Part shown: piece after piece, positions 12,367-23,718 of the stretch
Layout of the letters: each line of letters begins with the position of its first letter
Position numbering within the stretch: the first letter of the stretch is position 1
Assembly: GCA_043228905.1 (NCBI GenBank)
Contig: JBHGNT010000017.1
Span: 12,772,001-12,836,000 of the forward strand
Source: Azolla caroliniana
Taxonomy: Eukaryota > Plantae > Polypodiophyta
Reading direction: 5' to 3'
Length of the DNA stretch: 64,000 bases
Notes under the pieces: model-generated
Told to the model about the DNA's origin: nothing
Databases searched by the model: none
What the model saw: only the letters and a program-made list of their open reading frames with translations
Translations under genes and position numbers: made by a program

Positions 12367-15300
12367 CCTTCCACGGTAGCATTGTCCATGTCACGATTGC
12401 GGTTTCCGTCGACATTACCGGTGCTTGTCCGGTCATAAGTTATGCCGGCATATAACCGGTTACAGAGCTATGCGTCATCCAATCCGCCCATAGTGCATAC
12501 GGGAGCATCTGCGGCCAATCCATCACCCCTCCGTCACATTCTTTGGCAAGTGCTTTGACGATCGGACTATGTCCTCACTCGACCTTCCCGTTGGCTTCCG
12601 GATTGTATGTCGTTGTTAGTGTTAACTGAACTCCATGTTTGGCGAAGAATCCCCGAGCTTTATCAGAGTCAAGTTCTCCCCAATCCGCAATCACTTGTCC
12701 TACGCACCCGTACCTGCAAAACACTTCTTCCAAAAGAAATTGACATACCACAGAACACGTTTTTCTTCGTAGTGCCCGACCTTCTACTTGATTTGTGAGA
12801 TCTTCCCGAGCTAACACCAAGTACTTCTTCTGTCCAATCCCGGTTGGCATGGCTACAATGTCGACCATCCATTTGAAGTTGATTGTCGGTGAGAATGTCG
12901 GATGTAACTCATCTCGGTGTCGAACTCCGGAGTAGATTTGACACTTCTCGCAGCTTTCCGTGAACTCCGCGACATCTTTGTACATATTCTTCCACCAATA
13001 TCTTTGCTTGATCTTCCCAAATGATGCCCATGTTCCCCGATGTCCAGCCCAATCAGATTCGTGAAATTCGGACATTACTTGGTTTCGTTGCTCTTTTGTC
13101 CCAACTACTAGAAGTGGTATGCCACCCGGTCTTTTCGGCTCCCTCCATAAAAATCCATTTTTCAAGAAGAACTTTCGGACTTGCCGTTTCTTACTTCGGA
13201 TCTCGGCTCTCTTCTCTTTATTGTCCGATGCTTCCTCGATTTCTCGTAGCATTTTCCCGATCAACAAGCTTTCTCCCTCGTATTCTTCTTCCTGGAATTC
13301 TTGGACTACGTCCACCCGGCATATGTGCTCCGAAGCAAAGTAGTCTTCGGAAACTTCTTCATTATCGGATTCGGTTATGTCATCTCCGAACCGCGCCCTT
13401 GATAGCATATCCGCTATAGCGTTGTCTTTTCCGGAGATGTGTCTTACCTCCAGATTAAGTGACTTAACATATGCAATCCACCTTAGCATAGCCACATCCG
13501 GTATAGTACAACACCGCATCATCCCAAGTATCGGAAGACAATCCGTTTCTCTCACTACTTCGGCTCCGATCAAATAATCTTGATCCGATTTGATTGCCGA
13601 CACGAGTCCCCATAATTCTCTTTTGACTTGCGCATACCCGCGTTGCCTTTCGTTGAGAACCTTTGCTCCGAATCGGATCGGATATCGCGAACCATCCGAG
13701 TCGAGTTGATTGATGACCCATCCGATTCCGGTTGGACTTGTATCAACCGTTACTATAATCGGTCGGTCATAGTTCGGCTTCTTTAGAGCTTCAGCCCTCC
13801 GCAGTGTTTTCTTGAGCTTCCTCATGGCTTCGGTGTGTTCCGGTTTCCATTCGAACTTCTTCGCCTTCCGCAACAAGTGATAGAGCGGGTCCGCAATATG
13901 TGCGTAGTGCGGAATCCATATGTGATAGAATGCACATGCTCCAAGAAACCTTCGGACTTTGGATTGTGACTCGCATACTTCTTTCATAGCTTGAATCGCA
14001 TCGATCTTGGTTGGTGACGATCTTCGGCTGTAGGGCCCACATAGATGTCCGACTACCAATATTTCTTCTTGTCCGAATGCCGATTTCTCTCCAGAAAGTG
14101 TTAGATGCACATCTTCTAACTTCCGTAACACTTTCCCACAATCACGGATATGGTTGACTACGAACCTTCGGCATCCCTGTTCATCCATAGCTTCATGTTT
14201 TTCTTCCACCGCACACCCTTTCATCGGAATGTCATCTAGGAACGGCATCGTTATCTTCGGCATGCAATCCCCTAGCACCTTGTTCATCGCACTCATCATA
14301 TGTGTGATTGAGTTCGTCGCGCCTTGTGGTAGCGTACACATCCAGACTAATCCTATCGGTGTCTGCATGGTAGTGATGTCTCGGCTCTCCACGGCTAGTT
14401 GGAATTGGCCATATCCGGAGTATAGGTCTCCGATGGAGTATATCGTGCGACCGGCAAATGTTTCTGCAATTTCGTCCACTTCAGACCGACTCCGGAATTC
14501 CGGATCGTGATCTTGTTCACCGGTTGCAAGTCTTGGATAAATCGGAGTGACCCATTCTTCTTCGGAATCGTAAACCATCGATTTGAGTACGGAGCGTTTG
14601 ATGGCTCTAGAATCCCCATCACCACCTTCTCCTTGACCAAGTCGATGACTTTTGAAATATGCGCCCACGGCACCAGAATCGGCTTCAGGCTCCACGGCAC
14701 ATGGTCAATCGTGAAGATCACCATCGGCTCCACTATCTTCGGATCAACGCACCCTCTCTCCTTCGATGTGAATGCAAATACTTTCCATGTTGTTCCAGCA
14801 TCTCACGAAACCGTTCTTCTTCTTTTTGTGAGAGGAAACCACCTCCACCGATCCAAGGTTTCTTCCGGGTCTCATCTGAGAAGGCATGTCCGATATCCAC
14901 GGACTTTCGAAGCGTTGGATCTCCCGAGACTTCTTTCCTCTTTTGTTCGCTATCGGCGGGTAGCGGTCCTGCGGCCGGTTTCACTTTCTTCTCCACGATC
15001 TTGTATTTCGTACTTACCATTACTTCTTCTTTGCGGAACGCATCCGGCCCCATTTTCGCAATGATCTCGTACATCTCAACCAATTCCACCGGGACTACCT
15101 GGTCTTCTTGGTTTTTACCCTCCACAAGCTCTTCAAGCCGTTGTAGCGTGCTCCCATAGAACACTTCTTCGATTACCCCCACGATTTCTTCATCTTCTTT
15201 TATTATTGATGCCAACCATAACTTACTTTCTACCTTTCGGTATTCTTTCTTCATTCCTCCGGCTATGGCTGCGTACGTTGATGCCCCATCCGGACCAATC

Positions 15301-17343
15301 CGTACTTGTTTTGCTCCCAGAGTCTTCTTCTTGTGTGGGGTATTAGGGCTTCTCGAACTATCACTTCCCCACTCCGCAACAGTCCGATCTAAAAATCCAT
15401 CTTCGTTTGGGACAAGATCTCCCTCTTGTTCCTTTCATGATTTGCCGGCACAGTTAGGAATTGGACGGATTTCCCTCCGTTTTGGCTCTGAATTCATGCA
15501 AAAGCCGCACCACTATCGAGCACCTTTGTCTCCATCCATGAAGCCGTGATAAAGGGTTGCCCGAGGATCATGGAGTGTGAGACCTCATCTTGCATGAAGA
15601 AATTTTGGTCTATCTCCACATCTCCGATCTTCACCATCACATCCGGACAAGCCGCAAATAGCTCCTCCGTTGTTGTAGTGGTTGCCCGGATCTTCCACCC
15701 ATGATTCGTGTTAATAGGCCACTTACCCTTCCGGTAGAACTCCTTGGACATCAAGTTGATCTCTGATCCGTGATCAATCAATACTAGCACGGGCTCTTTG
15801 ATGTTACCGATTCGGACCAAAGTCTCCGTAGTTGCGCGTGCCCAGTGTGGCTTTGTGTAGTGAGAATTCGGTATTTCATCCTCCAATTCAATGTCATTCA
15901 TTAGAACAGTATTTGCATTCACCCTTGGAGCGTTCTCCTCCGTACTTTGCCTTTTTCTCTTCACGAGATCCACAAGAAGATCGTGGAACTCCTTCTTCGC
16001 TATTCCGAGTAATTCTCAAAGCGAAAAATCTACCCGGCTATCGAGGATTCTCTCCTCGAACACCTTTTTTAAGTCCGTTTGTTGTTCGATGTCCGAGGCG
16101 AGCTTGAATGTCGTTTCTCATCTACATACACTTCATGCAATTGGCATAAAGCAAACACGCTATTCTTATCCACGGGGCACTCCCATCCTGTAGCTTCACG
16201 GATGCCTTCTGCGGTGCTTCGGATCTCATTGGAGTCGGTTTTCTCGAGTTTTTCTTGCATATCCGGCCAAAAAGATGCCTTTGCTCCCAACGACTCACCC
16301 ACACTTATTCCCGTGGTTGTCACATAATTACCTTTTGCCACTATTTCCTCCTCTAGAACCTTCTTCATGCCGCCTTTCCAGAAGTTCGGTCGGAGTGGCT
16401 TCCGAGATTCCATCGAATGAATCCGATTTCCCTTGTAGTAGATAAGATCCCGTCGTAACGCCTCCTTGTGCTCGTCGCAATCCCTCCGATCGTGTTCGGT
16501 GCTATCACACCATATACATCGACGGTCCATATACTTGGAGTTTGTGGGACGGTCTCCCGACTTCTTCACCATCGCGATTTTCAGATTCTCCATATCTTTC
16601 AGCAACTGCTCCACCGTGGTTGCGTCAATCCCCTTCTCGGTCGTAGTCTCTCAAGCCCACAGTTGATGGTCCTCCAATCCGGATCTCGGTTTCGGAATCG
16701 GTTCCAAATCCCTCTTCTCTTCATTAGCAAGCCATTGCCCCCTCTTCGTGTAACGCGCGACGATATCCTACACGCTTTCCCACGTTTCGGTGAGGCCGCT
16801 TTCAGTCGTCATGTCCTCCAGAAGCACTTCGAGATCTTTCCGGTCCCGGACGTCCACAGCTCACAAAAACATGATGACTTTGTCCAGTGCAAGAATAGTT
16901 TGATCTCTCACGGACAACCCCCTGAACCGACTTTCGAATGACGAAAACACTTCGAAGACCTTCAGCCCTTTACCTAGCGTTTCCACCCAATCTTCGAATC
17001 CCCTCCGCGTTGCCTTGGAGGAGTCCTCGATGGCGAACGTGGTCTTTAACGCTTCTTCAAATGCTTCCCACGTCAGATTTTGCTGTTGTAACCCGTGGAT
17101 ACTCCCTTGAAGCCTGTCAGTTGCCACCCGGTTGAAGGATGTCACTTGCAGTCCTTCCGAAATCCGGCACCGGAGCATCTCTACCTTGTAGTCCTACAAA
17201 TATCGCAACACATCCTTACCGTTGAATTGCCCGTTGCGTTGCACGAGCCGCTCTACTGCTGCCGAAATCTCCGACATCGCGCGTTGTTCTTGTAGCATCC
17301 GCTCAAACATCACCATCATATTGTTAGCTTGTTGATTCTCCAT
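12367..17343 (-). pseudogene. gag-pol of the Ylt1-like element, frameshifted; integrase C-terminus continues at 6131-6713
   Basis: ORF pieces 16861-17178, 16069-16614 (CIWCDSTEHDRRDC knuckle), 15494-15973 (protease), 14395-14733 and 12575-14695 (RT-RH-INT). Confidence 0.88.
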
Positions 17344-17359
17344 CTCCTTGCCACCCGTT

Positions 17360-17377
17360 TTCACATCGGGTTCACCA
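17360..17377 (-). promoter_or_regulatory. PBS complementary to the tRNA-Trp 3' end
   Basis: Minus strand TGGTGAACCCGATGTGAA versus the plant tRNA-Trp end ...TTCACGTCGGGTTCACCA as recalled (17/18). Confidence 0.8.
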
Positions 17378-18196
17378 CTTGTGTCGTGCCTCTCGACGCC
17401 GGATCTTTACATGAGTCGGGTGGGAACCACTGGGGTTTTGGACTAGGAGAAAGGAGATCGTGAGATAGAGATTAATTATGAGTAGATAGCAAAGAGAAAG
17501 ATAAGAAACTCATGAATCGCACGAGTATACTATATTAATTGGTACTTTGGTTGATAAGAGAGAAGTAGATGCATAAATCGTGAATCCCACGAATAATTTT
17601 TATATTGATCAATACTTAATCCAAAAAAAATAACCAACCCTTATACATCTTTCTCTCCTCCTTATATAAGGACGGAAGAGGCTAAGCATAGCTTCTTGCT
17701 TTTCTAAAGTGTTCATGCTCTCTAAATTTGCATGCTTTACTTTTCCCACTATGATTTCCTAAATTTAGCATTCATGCCCGCTAGATGTGCATGCGCAATT
17801 TTATTAGTGTGCATATAAATAAAGTTTTCATGCATTCTAAAAATGCATGACTTACCTTTTAATAAAGGTAGGCAAAAATAAAAGTTTTATATGTATTAAA
17901 ACTATATTTGAAACACTCAGAATAAGTTAGTATAATGGTAAGGTTGGAGTTTGTCTGCGTGGAGGTGCAAGGTTCGAATCTTGCTCTATGCATGTAATAG
18001 AAGTTTTAATGTTTCTTTTATTTACAATTGTGTCTCTTCATCCTGTAAGAGACTCTCACCGGCCTTCTTCATTCGGCTCTTCCTTACCGATTCCTCCTTG
18101 CCGGTTCCTCTTCATCCGGTTCTCATTGAGTATTTCATTCTATATCCGGATGGACAAAATGCAATTTCCACGTACTGTGTAAATTACACTACAACA

Positions 18197-20150
18197 GCAT
18201 GCATGTTGCAAAGGACAAGATGGCAAAGTTGGATCGAAAGTCCCTACCATGCATATTCCTTAGATACGGTGACTATGAGTTCTGGTACCAAGTGTGGGAC
18301 TTTGTCGACAAGGAGGTCTTCCAGAGTCGAGACATAGTCTTCATGGAAGACAAGAACATTGCCGACTGGGAGTTGGAGAAAAAGATAGTGGACTCCAGGT
18401 CGACCTACAAAGATCGGTTAAAGGACACAATGACCCATTCGGTTGGAAGCCGGATGACATTTGAAGAACCGGTCGGATTCAGACAAGAAACCGAACTAAC
18501 CCAAGAAGAAGATCTGGAAACCGGAACCGCACAAGACCCCGAATCGGATTCGGATGAAGAACAAACAGAGGAACCCGAGATCGAGAACCAAGGAAGAAGA
18601 TATCCTCTCAAGGAGAGAAGAGCCCCCCGGAGATTTCGGGATGCAGAGCATGTGCTGTTGACCGATGAGGGGGAGACGGAAAGCTTCGAAGAAGCAAAGA
18701 AAGACATCCAAAACCATAAGTGGTTGAGTGCCATGCAGGACGAGATGGATTCCCTGCATGAGAACCACACATACAAATTGACGGAGCTGCCGAAAGGGAA
18801 GAGAGCACTCCGGAACAAGTGGGTGTACAAATTGAAGCTGGGAGACTCTGGAAATTCACCAAGGTATAAGGCCCACATTGTGGTGAAGGGTTTCTAGTAG
18901 AAGAAAGGAGTGGATTTCGATGAGATCGTTGCCCCGGTAGTGAAGATGACATCCATCCTGACGGTGTTGAGCATAGCGGCAAACATGGACCTCGAGGTAG
19001 AGCAACTAGATGTGAAGACGATGTTCATACATGGCGACCTCGAAGAAGAGATCTACATGCAACAACCGGAAGGGTTTGCAAAGAAAGGGAAGGGGCACCT
19101 GGTGTGCCGGTTGAAGAAGAGCTTTTACAGACTGAAGCAAGCTCCCTGACAATGGTACTAGAAGTTCGACTCCTTCATGACCGGCCAAGGATACCACAAT
19201 ACGCAGGCCGATGACTGCGTATTTGCGAAGAAGTTCGACGGAGGAGACTTCCTGATACTACTGGTGTATGTGGACGACATGTTGATTGTCGGATGGGACC
19301 ATATCAAAATTGGAATGCTAAAGGAGGCTTTGAGCCGGACATTCGCAATAAAAGATATGGGTCTGGCGAGACAGATTTTGGGGATGCACATAATCCAGGA
19401 CTGGTCAAAGAAGCAATTGTGGTTGTCACAGGAGAAGTGCATGACAAAGGTACTTCAAAGGTTCAGGATGTCGGATGCTAAGTCGTTCAGATCGACACTC
19501 TCGGCAAACCGCAAGTTATCTAGGAAACAAAGCCCGAAGAGGCGATGATGAAGATACCATATGCTTTTGTCGTCAAAAGCCTAATGTACGCAATGGTGGG
19601 TACCCGGCCAGATATCGGATACGCAGTTGGAGTAGTCAGCCGGTTTATGAGCAATCCGGGAAAGGAGCATTGGGTTGCCGTCAAGTGGATCCTTCGATAC
19701 CTAAAAGGCACCTCGAGCTTGTGCCTCAGGTTCGGCTCAGGTAAACCCCAACTAAAAGGCTTTACGAATTCGGATATGTCGGCGGTTGCAGATACCATCC
19801 GGTCCACATCCAGATATGTTATGACCTATGTAGCGGGACCCATATCATGGCAGTCGAGGCTGCAGAAGTCTGTTGCACTATCGACAACGGAAATAGAGTA
19901 CATGGCACCCGTGGAAGCCAGAAAAGAGGTCATCTGGATGAAGGACTTCATCGGAGAGCTAGGGATCCGACAGGAGGAATTTTGGCTTTACTGAGATAGT
20001 CAAAGTGCCATCCACCTCGCGAAGAACGCGGTCTACCATTTTCGGACCAAGCACATCCAAAAGAGATATCATTGGCTCCGGGAGAAGGTAGAAGGTAAAG
20101 AGTTCTTAGTGATGAAGATCCACATGAAAGAGAACGATCAGACAAGCTGG
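18197..20150 (+). pseudogene. Copia SH3/RT/RNase H, decayed
   Basis: KLDRKSLPCIF, NKWVYKLK, QLDVKT, LVYVDDML and VALSTTEIEY motifs. Confidence 0.9.
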
Positions 20151-23100
20151 ATGTGTGCTAGAGACGGATTAGATTGACATGAGTGACATGATTGACATGG
20201 AATCCGGATGAGAACCGGAGGAACTGGAACTAGACGGATCCAGAAGGTATTTGGATGAATCCGGTGTGAACCAGATTTAGGGACATATCTGTAAATATGT
20301 TTCTAGAGTGCCTTTCATGGCCATATTTGTAAATAATCCCAAAGTCATAAAAGTATAAATATGACTTAGGGCAATCACTTATGATGTTGTATGTTGTTAT
20401 CATTGTACAGTGATAGACAAAGACAAAGAGACAGACAGTGCGAGAGAGAAACAAAACTTGTTTCTGTTATAACCGCCGGTTGACGAAGACATAGAGCTTG
20501 AAGTCGTTACCTTTGAGTCTCACATTGTATTCTTTATCACATAGTGATATTTGGAGTCTGTGGGCTCACGTGGTTTTTCCCGATTAATTGTTCATTGAGC
20601 GTTTAAGTCGGTTGTGGTTGAGCTTCTTTTCTTGTCACCTCTTTCTCCTTCTTCATCTGCTATATTAACACCGTCGTTGTCGCTTCCTACTCCTCATAAT
20701 CCTTGAACTTGGTTTGATATGTTTTCTAGACCATTTCCAATGTCTTCCTTGAATGTTCAATAATCTAGTTTTGGGTGTCCAGCAATTCCAACCGTTCTTT
20801 TGCCGTGTCAATAAGCTACTACATCGTTCATTCTTCAAGCAGTTTTTCCTGTGCCGACAAGGCCTCCGATTTCTCCTTGAGTTCTGCCCACACCTCTATC
20901 AACTTCTCCTGTTGTTGGTCATAGTCTGTTTCCAGCTCCTAGTAGTCCCAATACAACTTGTCAAAATCATCCAATTTTTGTTTGAGGCACCAGTTTACCT
21001 ATGATCGTAGTCGATTGTCCCGGTCCTTCTGCTGCCGTACTTCCTCTTTGATCCTCTCAATTTCTGTTTCGGCCATTCACTTGAGTTTACCTTTTTCTTG
21101 CTGCAGGCTTTCTTTTTCCTCCAACCGGTCCGTGCTGCTCTGTGTCTTCTGGAGACTTTCCTCAGTCCTCCATTTCTCCTCCTCGGTTGTCTTCCGTAGA
21201 TCTTTTTCCTCCTCTTGTTGTGCCACTTGCACAACCAACTCTTCCTTGAGCACTTTGATTTCTTTCTTCAACTCACGCTCATCCGTTGGTGCCGTGCTAG
21301 CTAGCTTCTTTATTTGGAGCCTTTTCCTTCATTCTTCCCAGTTCAACCAGCTCCATTTCTGTATTGGTTCCCTGGCCCATGTTAGCCATAATGGCTGCTA
21401 ATTCCTTGGCCCTTTCCAGTTCTTCTTCTAAGCTGCTTATTCGGTTCCGGGCTTCTTCCAACTAGTCGGTTAATGTCAGTAGTTGCTCTACTTGTGTGGG
21501 CCGGTTGAACATCTCGAATCGTTCTGCTTCTACCCGGCCTGCCATTCCAGTAACCTGCTTACCCAGCCAATCCCGCCACTATCGAAAGTACCCCGTTGTT
21601 GAAGTACAACGTACTGCTCCTTGCGCCTTCCCGAGACTCTATGTGGCCGGCTCTACCATTTCTAGTTCTACTATTAGCCTGTGTGCCCCCCATCCTACTG
21701 TTGTGTTTGAAGACCTGGTTGAGTTGTGCTTTCCAGCTCTCGCTCCTCCTGAACCATTGTAACCGGTTCTAGTCTTTCTGTGTCAGCATAGTCGGTCGTC
21801 CTTGGCTCCACCACCACTGAGTGGGTGGTTGGTACATTGTCCTTCTCCGGACCCGATCCATCCCCATGTTGCCCCTTGTGACGTGTTCTAGGAGGCATTT
21901 GAAGAGGTGCTTCTTCTTCTTCCATCTCCTCGTCGTCCGCGGTCTCCTGGTGTGCCATTTCCATTCGTACTAGCTACTCCTGCTCTCTTTCCTGTCTCCG
22001 TAGCTTTATTTTAATGGGCTTTGCTAGCCTTGCTGGCTCCGGAACAGGTTCTGCTTGCGGGGAAGACTCTCATGTCCATCCGGGAGTATGCCATGCCAGT
22101 AGCTGCTACCGTTTTGATGGTTGATTTGGTGTTGTCTCTGCCCTTGCCCGTTTCTTTGGCTTGATGGAACATGTTGGTGGCGCTAGCACGGTGAGCTACT
22201 GTGTCACTCCGGTCCAAGCTTTCTGTCCGTCGACCATAGCTACGATCGCCATTCGGAGTGAATCTGCCATGATTAATGGCCAGTCCACCTTTAAGCCTTC
22301 AAATGTCGCTATAATAAAGACAACCTTGTTCTATGGCATGGTGAGTGGACGGGGATGGACAAATCCATATTTGAGCAATACCCGAACCACCTCCCGGAAC
22401 AAGGGGTTCTCATCACCCTATGTTCGGTACGCCTTGCTAGCAATCAAAAATTCCCCGAAATAATCTGTCAGTATTTCCGTAGAGGGGTTTTCGATCGAGT
22501 GCAAGCCGTCGGATGGTAGCTAAATCACAGCTTGCATTGTGACTTCAAAGATGCCTTCCATGTCGATGGTTGTGGCAATTTTCTCTGGTTCCATGTGTGG
22601 TGGTGCCTCAGTTACCCGGATAAAACCATCGAGCCCGTGCTTGGTGAGCCAGTCTTTTGCTTGTGTGGAGAGCCCCATTAGTTCTCTGGTTTCTGTGTCG
22701 AGGTTGGTTCTAAGGTTGATTGTCCATATTTTTCTAGAGTTCTGCGCACTCTGTGCTCCTCCAATCTTCTTATCGGGAAATGAGACTCCTTCATTCCACC
22801 AGAAATTTGTATCCCCATTTTCCTCAGCCGCCTATTCTTGATTCTTGTGCATGCATGTCGTGTATGACGCGTGGTGCTCCTTAAATGTGGCTAACGTCGC
22901 GCCTTTTCCACTTGCCTTTTCATTATTACTATTCAAAATCTCGAATAACTTTTCTCTTTTTCTTTATACTATTATTGTTATGATTACTACTATTATTACT
23001 AATACTCCCTTCTTCTTCTTCTTCTTCTTCTTCTTCTCCGTATGTCGGAATACGATGTTTTCTGCTCTTCTATACCGACTGTCGGTACTTCCCCGAGCCC

Positions 23101-23666
23101 GGCCAGTTCTGCAGGATTGCCGAATTCGTTGTCGGTAGCCTCTACTTGACCTCCGGTTACCACCTCTATTGTTACTAGTTCCTTGTTCTCCTCCGGCGCC
23201 TTGAATGGGTTTTTCGATATTGGTCCCTTGTGTTAACTCTTAGGGCCGGACAATGGCCTAACACAGGGTGTCTACGGGAGGCACTTCACCAAAGGGTGTT
23301 ACGGCAACCGGATTAGACTTCAACGCTTAATCCGACTTAATTAAGTTACTTATTAGGATCGTCTTTCATAACACGCGTAAGATATAACAATTACGACAGA
23401 ACGGCAATTAACACAGAGAGATAACAACGCTTAAGCTTTCATTAATTAACCGCTAACTATTACATTGTATCCGGGCCTTTAAATAGGTTTCTGTTCTGTA
23501 TTACAAAATGGTGCCATCCGCACCTGTTCAGGATCGGTCCGGATCCGGAACGGCATACCGTTTCCGGTCCGTCCGTCCACACTCATAGCTTAATTACAAC
23601 CACATTCCTACTACTTAATTAACTCTCTGTTTCCAACTCTGGACTCCTTTGCCGGCCGGTAACACA

Positions 23667-23711
23667 TGGCACGCCCGTGGGATAGTACCTTCTACGTCGA
23701 ATCCACAACCG
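23667..23711 (-). other. tRNA-Arg 3'-end copy occupying the PPT position
   Basis: Element sense reads CGGTTGTGGATTCGA-13nt-ATCCCACGGGCGTGCCA-TG then the LTR. No purine tract is adjacent. Confidence 0.8.
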
Positions 23712-23718
23712 ACCCTTG

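Larger units (their letters stand above)
5307..18196 (-). mobile_element. Ty3/gypsy element, Ylt1-like and tRNA-Trp primed; LTRs 5307-6143 and 17382-18196
   Basis: Direct repeats with TGTCGT...AC(G/A)ACA ends; PPT AGAGGGGGTGAG at 6144-6155 (-); gag-PR(LIDHGSEIN)-RT(LPQGATNS, PFLDD)-RH-INT order; flanks GCGT/GCAT. Confidence 0.92.
2964..20637 (+). mobile_element. Near full-length decayed Ty1/copia element (Tnt1/Tork-like), interrupted by nested insertions
   Basis: 5' LTR 2964-3487; 3' LTR about 20198-20637 (its 5' part and the PPT are deleted); TSD CCTCT on both sides; gag, protease (WVVDSG) and integrase at 3526-5306; RT/RNase H at 18197-20150. Confidence 0.92.
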
